A DNA stretch of 64,000 nt, taken from the NCBI GenBank assembly GCA_051047955.1, contig JBPGPT010000002.1, positions 186,001 through 250,000 of the forward strand, written 5' to 3'. A program made the translations under genes and the position numbers. The notes under the pieces were generated by a model. The model saw only the letters and a program-made list of their open reading frames with translations. It was not told the origin of the DNA and did not search any database. Shown here one piece after another: positions 38,731 through 52,262 of the stretch (its first letter is position 1; each line of letters starts with the position of its first letter). The stretch comes from Cystobasidiomycetes sp. EMM_F5. Taxonomy: Eukaryota.

Positions 38731-40497
38731 CTAAATTCTCGTCGCAGCCGCAGCGCCCGAAGTAAACGCTCGAGTATAGCTTGGCTGAATACTGCGCACA
38801 GTCGACGGATACGTGATTGTCGTGTTGCCAATATTGCAGTAATCTGGCAATGACAGAACGTACTGCTCGCTTGTCTGTCCACTACGCGGCAGCGGTACCT
38901 GGTTGGCGATGTGTACAAACGAGTATAGTGTAAAGTTCTCGTGCTGCTGGAAGGCTGTCACATTTGGATACGCGTTGACGCGGTAGCTAGATGGACAAAC
39001 ACACTCAGCGCGTGTATGGGCTCATGCCCCTGGGAACGTTTACCTCCAGAATATACCGCCAGCGCTTTGATGCCATGCGCGAGCCTGTGTACTGAAGAAA
39101 CGGCTGATCCATGCTGGGTTATTGTAGATGTCGGTCGATACCGACCACTCGGTGACTGCGCGACTCGATTATGTCAGCTTGTCAATCGCGCAGTCTGAAC
39201 ACTGTGCCTACTTGCGACAGGCACTCCGTAATTTGCATATTGCTTATTGCGCTCGCAAACTTGGTTCAACATGTATGTCTGATCCTGAGTACCCCACATT
39301 CGTCCTACATACGGATGGTCTTCTAGGATGAGAAGCTTTGGGTTCTTGCCATTAATGAAACCCTGCCATGTCGCCCTGTTTTGTTTCTCTCAGCGAAATG
39401 ACATGGTAATCTGTACGTGTACCCTCACAGGACTGGCGTCTGCGTTTTCCCAGGCGCAAACATCATCGGGATAGGGTTACTTAATGTCGACAGCTTGGCA
39501 TACGTCCGTTCGTAATATCGTTGAAGCGTTTGAAACTGAGCTTCGTTGTAGAAGATCGGCTCGTTGCATGCTGCGAATGCAGTGATCACCCCGCGGTACG
39601 GGGATGTTGTCATGTACTGGATAGCAGCATCGACAGTCTGGTCCGCATATGCTTGCATATCGGAGTCTGAGAATCCGGATTACAGTCTGTCAGCGGGATC
39701 TGTCGGATCTTATGTGAGCAACGCATACTGTAGAAATTGTTATATCCGATATGTCCAGATGGCTGTTCTCCGTTCTGTGAGCCAGGCAGACCGTGTAGAT
39801 CGACGACTACGTATAGATTGTATTTGGCTGCCAACCCCAAAATTCGCGTAAGCTGCTCCAATTGCCCAGACATGGAAGCGTAGGGCGTCCCTGAAGGTTG
39901 GTTGATGAAAGCCCAGTATCCGATGGGAACTCGAAGATGGTTGAATCCACTGCGGCATGAAGAGCTCTTCAATACCTTTCTCATACGTTAACATGAACAG
40001 ACTGACTGGTCAGCAATGAACTTGATGTCGGCTTCTGTTATCCAGCTGTCCCAGTGCTGCTTAAGTACGGCAGCTTTTCGGTCTCCCAAGGACTGCGACC
40101 AGGTCCATTCGTCCCGAGCTTCAGGATTTCCACTCGAGTCTGATAGAACGACCGTCAGATCCCAACCGAAATCTAAGACTCATAGAGATATATACCTATA
40201 AACCACTGCTCGTCCATCCATCTCTCCAGCACAAGCCAGTTTCCCAGTGCCATGCCATCTGTGGCGACAGTCAGCCTGAGCTTTTTCGAACTTGAAGGAA
40301 TCTCAATACTCACGCATCTTGTTTCTCGTCCAGTCCCATGGTGGAAGAGTGACATTGCTGGCTGCAGTAGCGGTCGCAGCGGCAGCAGTACTGCTCGACG
40401 TCCGCGAAGCTGCTGTCGAAGTGGCCTGACGTGCAAAGAGCGGGCCTGCCGATGTCAATTCTGCAGCGGCAAGCGCACACAAAATCAACTTGAGCAT
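38731..40497 (-). CDS. Secreted glycoside hydrolase family 5 exo-beta-1,3-glucanase-like protein
   Basis: Signal peptide. Motifs LGNWLVLERWM, DEWT, HWDSWITE, GFNHLRVPIGYWA, DLHGLPGSQNG, catalytic NEP and the nucleophile motif TEWS. Confidence 0.9.
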
Positions 40498-40686
40498 GAT
40501 GAGTCAGGACTCTTCTATCGATAGTATGGACAGAAGTAGAAAGCTGTGCGCGCTTCTGACAAAATTCTTGCATGCGCTCGTTCAGGCTATACTGCCAAGC
40601 ACAAATCGCCACATTCGCTTTGTGGAAGACCGATTTCCGCCATTTGAGGGCTGAACCCAACGCACAACTAATCCCTACCTCGTTTC

Positions 40687-41134
40687 TCACTTCTTCGTCT
40701 GCGCCAACTCCTTGATCTCATGCATCAGCTGCCTAATATTCTTGGCCAACTGTACCGGGTCGGTGACTCCGTCTGCAAACAGCTCATCCGCTCTCTTCAT
40801 GACCTTTTCAAATTGCTTCTTGAGTCGGAATATCCACGAGTTCTTGATGAGGAAGTAGATCCATACTGATCAACAGGGAGATTTTTAGCCGTGTTTGCTC
40901 GCTACTCTAAACTTACTCACTAAGTAAGGCGACGACAACCACAAACACTACTATAATAATGATTACAATCTCGTACCCTACCAGAGTCCCGTGCTTGGCT
41001 TCTAACCAATCCTTTTTGGCTCTTCTAGACAGAGTATGGTACGGCTCGCATTGCACCACAGCAGCGCTGACTATCGAGACGCACAGTGTGTACAGGAACA
41101 GCGTGACCTGTATTGTGCTATGTCGCCATGACAT
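40687..41134 (-). CDS. Small hypothetical single-pass membrane protein with signal peptide
   Basis: Two exons joined by a GTGAGT...CTAA...CAG intron: MSWRHSTIQVTLFLYTLCVSIVSA...SRRAKKDW...IVIIIIVVFVVVVALLIWIYFLIKNSWIFRLKKQFEK...TKK*. Confidence 0.6.
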
Positions 41135-41923
41135 GGGTGCACTGGGATGTAAGGCGGATGGTGCGCGCAGAAATGACAAGGCTTGTCGGTGAGTACCACC
41201 GATAAAGTGTCCGTTTTATGAAGGAGCGGGGACGGCTGCGAGTCTGATTCTTCAGCGGTAGCACTGACCAAACATTCAGCATTTTGAGTGGTAGGTGGAA
41301 TCAAGGTCTCCGACGATCTGTCAGCTTTGTCAAGCAATACCACCTGGTCGGCTGTGTCTACTGTGGAGCATAGCATCAGCGTTCCATCCGCGGTCAAACG
41401 ACATCGTCAGGTAAGCTCGTGCGAGCGATTGCTGTTTGGCACTTCTTTGTGGGCCATGCTGTGAGTGTTTCATCTGCAATGGCGAGATGAATCTCCGCTT
41501 TTCAGCACGTCCAGCATTCGAGAGACTGTGAGCTGCCGAGCTCTGTATACGTGTGTGGATATGTTGTATACGGACTGCAACCAGACTGACGAGGTTCGAG
41601 TCGTGTCATAGAATATAAAAGATGGCTTTCCGACAGTAGATCAACGCACAGACCATGGCCACCACTGGCAAAGAGGACCAGCTTGTTCCGAGAATACGGT
41701 ATAACACCAAACTAAGACTCATCTACCCCCCAGCTGCCGCGTAAAGTGTCCAAGCATTGCTGCCCATCAACGCCAGCTTTGCATGCCTTGCTAAACTTCT
41801 TCGAGTTCCGCCACTGCCGCGTTCGCGAAAACAAACGCGCCGGCTCGACAGCGGCTCGCCTCAGTACAAAAGCGGGCAGCTCAGCATCTGGATTTCTGCA
41901 GACACTGAGTATACTGGCATACC

Positions 41924-43813
41924 ATGTCTGCGGCAGAGTCGGCAGTCAATGCGAGCTACTCTGTCAGCTCGCTCGTCCAGGACAAGTGCGTCGGGAGAGG
42001 CAGGCAGGACGGTCGATGGGCTTATTGACAGTATGGAACAATCACCCGCAGATATGTCGGTCTGGCACTGGCAGTCACTGGCTCGATAGCTATCGGGACG
42101 AGCATGATTGTCACAAAGCTCGGGTTGACGGATGCTGGAAAGCGCGCTGGGCTCGTCAACCGAGACGGTCCGATAGACAGCAAGGAGTTTTTGCGAAATC
42201 CGATATGGTGGGCGGGAATGATTACCAGTAAGTGGTCGTACAGCCGAATCGCTCAGGAGTGCGAAACTGATGGCGATGGTGTCCTGGATTTAGTGGCCGT
42301 CGGTGAAAGTCAGTTTGTCGAGGACGGCTTCGAGAGAGCCGCAAAGAACCCACACTAACCAATCTATATGTTTCTATCCATGCAGTCGCCAATTTTGCTG
42401 CATAGTGAGTCTGAACGCTGTAGATATACTCATGCAGAAAGGCTCAACGACGACTTTCCGCAGTGCTTTTGCCCCACCGGTCAGTACACAGCAAGGCCAT
42501 ACAGGCGCCAGTGCATTAGACTTATACACTCGTCTGGTATCAATAGGTGCTGGTCACTCCGCTCGGCGCGTTGTCGGTCCTCATTGGCGCCGTACTCGCC
42601 GCTATATTTCTCAAGGAAGAGCTTGGCCGGATAGGCATCGTCGGATGCGGGCTCTGTCTGTTGGGCAGCGTTGTCATTGTATTGCATGCACCGGAAGACA
42701 AGGATATACAGACAGTCGACGAAATTCTGTCGTATGCTATGTCGCCAGGTCAGCATCCTTTCGAATGCCGTCATAATACACGAGCTGAAGTCGTCATATC
42801 GCTGCAGGCTTCATGCTTTACGCTACGTTCGCAGTCGGCTTCTCACTGTGGATGATTTACAAGGTGGCTCCGACACACGGCACAAAAACGCCCTTAGTAT
42901 ACCTATCAATCTGCTCCCTTACAGGCAGTATATCTGTCATGGCGATCAAAGGGCTCGGCGTAGGCCTCAAGCTTACCTTCGCTGGCAACAATCAACTCAC
43001 CCACTTACCCACATACATATTCGGCATCGTGACTGCCGTGTGCATAGCGACCCAGATGAATTATTTCAACAAGGCATTGGATACCTTTTCGACGAACGTG
43101 TAGGTGGCCAATCTTGCAAACAGAAAGACCTCTAGGCTCATGATTTTGTGCTGCCCAGTGTCAACCCTATATACTATGTTTTCTTTTCCTCAGCCACCAT
43201 TCTCGCTTCAATGTTCCTTTTCCAAGGCTTGAATACCAGCGGCGGGGTCAATACCGTCTCGTTGCTGTGTGGCTTCATTACAACCTTCTTGGGCGTTTAT
43301 CTCCTAAATCTTTCCCGGAGCATCCCATCTGGACAAAACCTGCCAGAAGACGGCGGGAGGCACAGGAGACGGGTCTCACACAGCGTACTGGAGTCTGGCA
43401 TCCTCAACCCGCGTATCAGCATCTCTAGCGAGACACAGATGGGAGAACACTCACGATCGTTCGAATTCTCGCAAGAGGATGAGGACGCGTATCCTTTGAA
43501 GCGACAGCAACAGCGGGAGCGCGATGAGTGGCAGAGAGACCGACAGAGTAATCCGCGGTCACCGATTGCAGGATACAACCACCATCAGCAGCAACCCAAT
43601 ATGAATGGCGCTTATGCTGCCGTCTCTGTACACACGGACAGCGATCGAGAGCCTCACAGTGCCAACGCGTACCGCAGTCCAAAGAGGTTTTCTGGTCCCC
43701 CTAGGCGGTCACAGAGCGATCTCGTCTTTGACGTTGGCAACGAAGAAGATGACGATAGTGTCGACGACAGCGGGCATGCCCGCAGCGAGCACGGCCGCGG
43801 ATCCAAGCGTTAA
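41924..43813 (+). CDS. NIPA-family magnesium transporter
   Basis: Spliced motifs [78 protein letters not shown] and VNPIYYVFF. Confidence 0.92.
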
Positions 43814-43998
43814 AATGGACGATATCAACGTCTTTCCGAGACTGGCGCGACATCTGGATCAGCATGTGTAAAATCAGTATGCGCTTGTAATACATCAATG
43901 TCAACAGTAAAGATATTAGCTTGTATGAAGAGCCAGCAACTTGTTTCGCTCTGCATCACCTTTTACCGCAACTGACTGCGAATCCGAATTGCTGATAC

Positions 43999-46900
43999 AT
44001 GAGCGATACGTCTAGCCGCGTCAAGGCTTTGCTTGATGGTCCTGAAGCCATTGCAACATCGCACCTCCCGACTGAATTGGCTCAGTTGATTGTGAACCAC
44101 GAAGCCAATCTGCTGGAAATTGTCCGGGCATCCAGCGCGTGGCTGATAAATGACGATGACAGTAAGCGAGGTCGCGGTGAGTGAATTCCATTTCGCTCCC
44201 TTGTGTGCTCATTCGCTGAGCATTCATTCGGTCGCAGGCATTGGCCTACTCGCAAACGTGGTCGTCAAATGCACGAAAGATGCCGTCACAAAGCAAGAAG
44301 GTAATTGGCTTTTGCGGATCAACAGCGTTGCTCGGGCTGAAACTATGTTTACTTCCTATCGTAAATCAAGCACGTACACTCACCGAGTTCTTTGCAAGCT
44401 GTCTCGACTCAAAGACTAGCGAAGAGGTGCTCATTCCGGCAGTCGAAGGCGTTACTGCTCTAGCCAGACTGCCGGCATTCACGGGCGCCGAAGCTATTAG
44501 CGTATGCAAGACGTCCGTGTGGGATTATCGAATTAGACGCTTGCCGAAATTGAAACGATCCCTCCCAACAGGATATTCGACAATGTCGATCTCCTCGGAC
44601 GTCCACAAACGACGCGATACTTCTTTTACTGCTTGATGGACGTCTTCGTGGCGCACCATCGTAAAGGTATGCACATCTTGCGACTAGGCTGTATTTGCGT
44701 TGATGCCGGTTTTATCAGCATTAAAGCGGATGGGTAGCGAATTTCTAGCCGGTTATGCGAAGTTGGTTACTGGAGAGAAAGATCCTCGCAATTTGCGAGT
44801 CGCATTCACCATAGCGCGAGTTATATTGGTCGAGTTTGATATCTCGCAAAATACTGAAGTAGGTTATCCTGCTAGCCGAAAACGAAGGCCGCAGAACTGA
44901 TAAAGAGAGAATATCATTGTGCAGGAACTATTTGATATCACGTTTTGTTATTTTCCTATCACGTTTACTCCTCCTCCGAACGATCCATATGGCATTACAA
45001 GCGAAGAATTACAGGTGTCTCTTCGGAGATGCCTGGCAGCGACACCGCGCTTTGGACCGCTAGCTCTTCCTTTACTGCTAGAAAAGTTGTCAGCAAGTAC
45101 CGCGACTGCCAAACGCCAAACCTTGCAGGCTCTGGTCGAATGCTTTCCTGTATACGGCAAAGCGATCGTGCTACCACATGCACAAACGTTCTGGGAAGCC
45201 CTTAACCTCGAAATCTTCCATGCGTCTGACGCTGAAATGGAACGTCATGCTTTACTTGCTTTGAAGGCGATGTTGCAAACTCTGTATGCTAATGGTCAAG
45301 CCCGAGTGGATGAAGATATGGATGACAAAAACAGCATAGCATTCAAGATGTGCGAAGTCTGCATGCTGGAGTTGAACGAATCCGACAAAAGTAATGCCAC
45401 GCCGGCCACCAAAATACTTTCGAACGCGCTGGCGGCTTCTGGTGAGAGTCTGATGCGCTTTGCTCGGTAAACCATTCCTTATCACGATATTCACAGGTCC
45501 TATTGCCAACTACGTTGCCAAGAAGGTGTTTCCTCGCATTTTACAAGTTTACAAAAGTCCGGACGAACAGCATCAACGACCTTCCTTGCTTGGCGTGCTG
45601 GCCCGCTTGCTTGAAGGACTGCGCGGTTGTCCGGTCCCTCAGCCTGCGGCATCTTTCGCACCTTATCGCGAAGAAGTTCTTAGTATCGCTACTTCAGCCT
45701 TGCAGAAGTCGGACGGAAGGCAACAAGCCCTCGACTGTCTCATACAGCTCGTTCAGCTGCCGAAATGTCTCGACGATGACGAGCTCGTATACGCCCTCCA
45801 AAGCATTGTTGGAGTCTTGGTAGACCCATCAGCAACAGGCAATACTTCCGATGTCAGCTCCAGCGCATTGGAAGGCCTTGATATCATCGCTATTTTACAC
45901 GCTCGCAAGGTAGAAACCATCGTCTTGCCGCCGCTCTTCAACCTCCTTCCTGATCGCATTTCCGTTCACCAAGAAAAAGAAGACGCCGATCGCTACCGTC
46001 TAGCGTTGGGAGCTCTTGCTACGTTGTGTGTTCATCAAGATTTGTTCGAATCGCTTGCTATACGTATACTGTCTCGACTGGATTTGGTTTGTGCTTCCGC
46101 ACCCGATACATTCGCTGGAAAGTCGAAAAATATCTTGTATGCGCATCATCTCCTCACTACGCTCCGTACGGTCCTGCAGCGCAAGGCATCCGCCGGGCAC
46201 ACTGATATCGCCAAGCATGCCGATCGAATACTCGTCAGACTATACAGTCTTTTCGCTAAGCCTGCCGTGGACGGGTCAACCAATCTCCCCATTGCGCAGG
46301 ATGCGAGACTAATCGACAATGTCGGCAGAATCGCAATGTGTTTTACACAACAGATGGATGAAAAGTGAGCTGCGGCAGACACCGCAGCATGACCTACTTG
46401 CAATTGACTTTTGTTTTCTGCCACAGGGCGCAAACAAGTTTTGCGTTCCGACTGCATCAAGCCTTCTTCAACGGACGGCTAGACGCTCTGTTGGAAAACA
46501 GCACCTCCAATGAGCCTTTCGCCCCATTCTCCGTATGTTGCCAAGCAGATCTATGCAAAGAAGCTGCTAACACCAAGCACAGGATACTGCACCGAGATCA
46601 CAGAGGAGTACTTGTCCGCTTTTCGCATATCCTATATGTGCCATGCGGAAGGAGGTCAGGCACATGCTATTTTCGATGACGCTTGTCATGCTGAATCGCT
46701 ATTCAGGCCATTGATGATGCGCTTGTGCAGAGCCTGTGTCCGATTCTGATGTCCTCCTTACCTTACGTTGCGGGAGAGCCGGGCTTCGACAGTCTTTGCA
46801 GACTTCTGGCTGTCCTGCTGAACAAGAAAGTCGAAGGTATGTGCATGCATGTATAGCCAGAGTGTTTGCTTACGGTGGCTCTTCAGCTTTGGGAGACAGC

Positions 46901-47876
46901 TACAACGAGGTCTTCATGCGTTTCTGGTCAGCGTTCATTGAAGCAGAGGAGGTGTTACTGGCACGACGACGCGCTGCGCTTCGAGTCTGGGCGTGGGCCA
47001 TGCGCGGCCTGATACTCCGCAGCGATAGTCGCGCGTATGATGGAGTTGCGAAGCTAGTCACCTTGTTTCAGCACCCTCAGTTGGCCAAAGAGGCGGCACG
47101 TACTATGTCCATACTTGGTAGAGACGACGACGGCATCTTGATCAAGCCAAATTTCGCAAACATCAAGGTTGGTTCAGGCAGACACCGACAGAGCAGGCTT
47201 ATGTTGTGCTACTGAAATGCGTTACAGCTGCTTCATAGACAGCGGTTCTTCTCATATATTCTACCAAAAGTGGTGGAAGGTTACAAAGCAAGCAGTCAGT
47301 CAGCTCAATCTGCGCCATATCTGGTCGGTTTGTCGTGCCTCCTCCAAAACATGCCGAAGTCCACCGTTATTGCAGAGATGCCAAAGGTATGTAAAAGCAT
47401 TATTTTCTGATTGCTCTGAGAGCTGAAAAGGCCACATCCCAGCTGCTTCCGCTGCTGCTGAGGGCACTCGATCTCGAAGAGCTCGACTTGCGTGCTCATG
47501 TCATAGATACATTTGCGACACTCACAAAGGACTCGCCGGACGTTATCAAAGCGCAAGCTGCACAGATCGCTGACGCGTTGCTAACAAACGTCATCAGGCC
47601 GGCAGGCGTGCCCGATTCAGAAAATCACATTGTAAGCAGTTTTCCGCATGGACCAGTCGACCATATAAGCTCACTACCGCAATCTTGCAGCTCTTGCGGA
47701 TATCTGCTCTCAAATGCCTGGCCGTTCTGCCAGACCACATCGACTGGCTGACGCTGCACAGGCAAAAAACACCCGTATTGAAGGTTCTAGGAACAGCGGT
47801 CGATGATCCTCGCAAAGCTGTACGCAAGGAAGCTGTAGATTGCAGAGCTGTTTGGTATCTGTTCAAAGCGCCATAG
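43999..47876 (+). CDS. MMS19: MMS19/MET18 cytosolic Fe-S assembly targeting factor
   Basis: Motifs GEKDPRNL..AF, ELFDITFCYFPITFTPPPNDPYGIT, LPLLLEKL, and C-terminal DDPRKAVRKEAVDCRAVW. Confidence 0.92.
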
Positions 47877-48003
47877 AGTGATTTCTTAGGTGGCAACAAC
47901 ATTGTAAAACAGAACGCAATGGAAAGAAGGCATATATGAATGGGTGTCCGGTTAGATGGCATTGTGGGTTCTGCCGAGCAATGTCGATCGTGAATAGTGA
48001 TGA

Positions 48004-48936
48004 TTAGAGACCAAGTTGTTGTCGCACAAATTCCCGCACAGTGTTCTCGTAAATTGTACGGTTATCTCGGTACAATTTCTATGCAAACGAATTAGAGGAA
48101 TCCGCGGCAACTGTTGCTGGCACTCACACAACAGTCGATATTTGCTCCAGATTCGATGTTTGGTTCTGTAGCAGAACATACATTTTTAGCCTGACTTCTT
48201 AGCAAAAACGCTCGCAGTTGCGCACCCGCGAGCATGCTCAATACGCTGAGCAGGATAGAATTGACATTTTGGACCGGCGACCAGCGCTCGGATGAGCTCT
48301 CGTACATGTTTGGGTCATCGCCAGGCGAATGCAAGATGGATATGCAAACATTGCCATCAGCATAAACTGGTTTGAAAGGATCAGCGATGGCTTAAATCCG
48401 AGTCGCGGCATTCTGAGCAGTCAGGCGCACTATTCGGATGCAATATTGGCTTGCGAGTTGGACAGGGTCAGCAGTAAGCTGTAGTCTTCCGGCTGTCATG
48501 CTTACTGGATCAAAGCGCATCTACCGTGTTCACATCGTTAGTCAGAGACTCCCCAGAAATGAATGCAGAGCCTGACCTTGGGTGGATTGAGTGGATAGTC
48601 TTTGGGAAACGACAGCTTTGCTCGAAAGATGCCGCCTTCAAACGGTGTTTCGTCTGGACCCTTGATGAATGCCTCCCATTCAAAGAAGTCTGTTTCGTTG
48701 ATCGGTCCTGGAGTGCATTGCATATGTCTCAGACTGCAGTCTGCTAGAATTGATGTCGCTAATACTGACCGGCGATATACATATCGTCTGGGTTGCCACC
48801 CAGACCTGACAATTGTCGAAACTGACCGCAGCAACGTCAGCGTTGTACTATCGGCATCAGTGATTCTCCGCCGTCAGCATCTCACTTCAGTCATCAGCCG
48901 CCTGTTGGCAGTGGTCGCTTGAGCTCGTCCGCTCAT
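48004..48936 (-). CDS. UBC7: Ubiquitin-conjugating enzyme E2 G2 (Ubc7)
   Basis: Motifs [73 protein letters not shown] and [11 protein letters not shown]. Confidence 0.95.
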
Positions 48937-49024
48937 GTTTCGATTGACCTGAGGGCAACAAGCAGACTGCCGCAGTGTTGTCTGTCCAGGAAAGCTATGC
49001 AAAAAGCTCTGAATCAAGCTCACA

Positions 49025-50510
49025 ATGTCCATGATTCGTGCACAAAGATGGCTTGTTCTGGCTTTGTTACTAATCGTCTGCCAATGGATGTTTGGGCTGG
49101 CTGACATCGTGCGGTCTTGGGCTGGGCTGGGTGGTCAAGCACCCCAGCAAGTGCTGCAAACTCAGCTATCACGATTTGATACGACGACGACGTGGACAAA
49201 ACGCATAGTCGCTGTGGGAGGTGAGAGCAGTATCGAAGTCTGTGCCGCGCTTCCTGCGGACCTCGTAACGTGTATACTATTCAGACTTGCATAGCGACTT
49301 CGCACACGCTGCCAGAGTACTACGAACAGCCAAGCTCATCGACCACAGAAACATGTGGATCGGCGGAGCAGCTACTCTGGTGCAGACGGGTGACATTGTT
49401 GATAGAGGAACCGATACTATCCCTTTATATCGGCTTTTGGACACTTTACGCGCACAAGCCGCGCTCGCAGGCGGAGAAGTGGTCTCATTACTCGGCAACC
49501 ACGAGGCGAGTCAAAGCCTACATGTCGATGTGTGCGGATAGTTGAAGCAATGTCGCTGACTGTGGATCTCCAGTTCATGAATGGTACGTTGTACGCCATC
49601 GCAAAGCCGGGTGGGGAAGCTGACGGCAGCTGGTACAGTCATGGGCGATTGGCGCTACGTAACACCGGTGAGAAGCGTGACAGTCGTCCTTCATTCGGTT
49701 GGCTAATTTTCGCTGCTCAGGACGACATAGCTACATTTCACGGCAAAGCAGCACGACAAAGAGCCTTCTCATCCGGCTGGATCGGACAAACGTTTCTTGC
49801 AAATTATTCCGTAGCGGCGCGCATACAATACACGCCTCCTGACTTGTCGCAGCATTTGAAAGACTCTACCGCAAAATCCGCTCTGGTAGCTGTTCATGGA
49901 GGAATCCATCCGGACTGGGCCAACATTGAAAGTATAAATACGATAGGCCATAAATTCCTTCAAAGATTGACGGATGCTGGAGCGACTCAGCTGCCGCGCG
50001 ATACTCCTCCCGATGAGCGCAGATTTTATTCGGAGACGGGTGCGACACAACCCTACTGTTATTGCGGAAAGTCTGGCTAATCTCGGTTCGCAGGACCTGT
50101 CTGGTACCGCGGTTATGCTCTAGACAGTGAAAAAGACGGTATCTGCGAGCAAGCCGACAGAGTATTGGCAGCCGTGAATGCATCGCGAATGATCATGGGG
50201 CATACGCCGAATTTCAAGGGCGTTGTGAGCAGATGTCAGTCCAAGGTGATCATTATTGACACGTAAGTCATATTCACGCAGATTCAGTCGTGATGAAAAG
50301 CTGATTGCTTATTTCAGGGGAATCTCGAAAGCATATGGAGGTGTTTTGAGTTCCCTGGAGATTCTGTATTCGTTGAAACCGCAGTCTCATGGTGGAAAGG
50401 GAGATGATTCAATCATGATCGAGACCGAGATCGTCAGTGCAGTCTATGAGCATGGCAGGGAAGAGTTGTCGCGCATAGAGCGCCCTGTCCGTACGGCAGC
50501 CGTCAAATGA
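49025..50510 (+). CDS. Calcineurin-like metallophosphoesterase (Shewanella-like phosphatase type) with N-terminal signal/TM segment
   Basis: Spliced motifs VGDLHSD, VQTGDIVDRG, LLGNHEFMN..GDWRYV, HGG, GPVWYRGYA, MGHTP and IDTGIS.AYGG. Confidence 0.88.
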
Positions 50511-50553
50511 TTGGATTACAACGACAATGTAGGAGTCAATCCGGATATATGTA

Positions 50554-50930
50554 CTATATCACCACCTGAAACGAATTCTTCTCGAGCTGCGTACATCAGA
50601 GCATCAGTCTCGCTTGAACAGATGGGGCTCTACCTATATTGGTGTCTAACCTCTTCCTCGAGTTGCATCTTGATCATATCGACAGAATCCGCCGAGACGA
50701 GCAAGTGCGTCTCGTCGAGATCTTGAATAACAAAGTGCTTTTCCTCGTCCATCATCAGGATGAGCTGCTTGATTGGAGCATCGCTACGGAGTACGGTCTG
50801 CATATATACATTTCCGAAATGGAAAGCTTTCGAACATACGTTGTGATGAGCACGCCTAATAGAATGAGTGGGAATTAGCGCGTGAGCTGCCTGAAGACAT
50901 CTGCATCTCACCTTTGATGGCTCGCACCAT
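50554..50930 (-). CDS. TFB5: TFIIH subunit Tfb5 / p8
   Basis: Four small exons translate to MVRAIKGVLITTDAPIKQLILMMDEEKHFVIQDLDETHLLV...LEEELEKNSFQVVI*. Confidence 0.92.
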
Positions 50931-51026
50931 GTTGGCACTTCTGCTCAGAAAGCACCGGTCGGTAAAGATGAAACGTCACAAGGCTCCGGGTTGTCGATAA
51001 TCCTACATTTAGAACAACACGCAATT

Positions 51027-52236
51027 ATGGACATCTTTGAATCATGTATCATTGGTTCCGCTGCAAGCACTGTCTAAGCTGATAGCTGACGCCTGTCATC
51101 ATCTGTCGCTTCAGTGCGGAATAGTCAACCACCTCGACATGCTCTCGAAAGTGATTCGGAAGATGAGATGGACCCAGAAGACAACGATCTGGCCTCCGGA
51201 AGCGCTTCTACATCATACAAGAAGCCTGCGAAAGAGCCTATTGTTCGATACGAGAGTACAGACGCCGAGGTGTCCATACTGAACGAGCCAGTATTGCTTG
51301 TGGCAATTGGTGACGCTGGGTTGGCATGGTCAAAAGGCCTGGACGAAGGCAAGCTTGTGGAGCACGCGCAGATCTCGGTTGATACTCGCAAGGTGCGTTC
51401 ATTCGGGCGAAGCCTGACTTACCCGATATTGAAGCAATTGCTGACGCGGCGGCAATGATATGATGTGCCGATAGGTCGCGAGTCTGACGGTAGTAGCATC
51501 AAGCGGGTCGACAATAGCATTCGTCGCAGATGACAGCTCCTATGTTGAGATGCACGAGATTGCTCAATGCCTGCTAGACAACGTTCATCCTTCATCGTAA
51601 TTACCGGAAAGCATATCGTTCTCGAATATTGCTAAAAAGAACTATCCCAGCTTGATCGTTATAGACTCCTACTCTATCCCTTCATATCTTTCCGAGCGGG
51701 CAGCTGAACCCGTCATCCGCTCGCTTGGGACAACCGATTTCCGGCCTACCGTCGATGTCGACTCGCTGGAACCTCCAAACATGGCGCAAGGCTTGGGAGC
51801 GGCGTTGACTAGTGCGGTGAGTACGACGAGCATTCAAGTTTGCCTAAGTTGATGACGTGTGTTGCAGGCCTACGAGGGCAGGATACCGACATTACTACTT
51901 CTTTTGCCTACTGTAGGAGCCGAAGGGTCTGGAGCCAGTGTCGGCGGACAAGGAGCAGGTTCTCTTCCTGCCGAGTCAATCTACGACTATGGTGGCCCAT
52001 CTCCCTACAAATCCTCGCTGCTTGCACTTCCTGCGGTTCAGGCTAAATTGCGCTACTTGGCGGATCAATTGGAGTGGTCGCGTCGCTTTGGCTGGCACTT
52101 GCCGTCGTACCATGCTGCAGAGCCAGCCATCAAGTCCAGGCTGACGGAAGCGACGAATCAAGCCGGCTTCGGCTGGTGCAAAGCCAAGCGAGTGCAAGGC
52201 CAGCGGATCATCGGAGAAGGTGCCATGTATCTATAG
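51027..52236 (+). CDS. Hypothetical protein, possibly proteasome assembly chaperone 1 (PAC1/PSMG1)-like
   Basis: Multi-exon. PPRHALESDSEDE N-terminus, LEPPNMAQGLGAAL, and a C-terminal HbYX-like end (AMYL*). Confidence 0.5.
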
Positions 52237-52262
52237 TAAAACTGGATGTGGCGTAAGGAACG

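Noticed and set aside
41585..41610. GGTTCGAGTC B-box-like sequence suggesting a second tRNA
   Set aside because: The T-stem does not pair and no D-arm or acceptor stem can be built.
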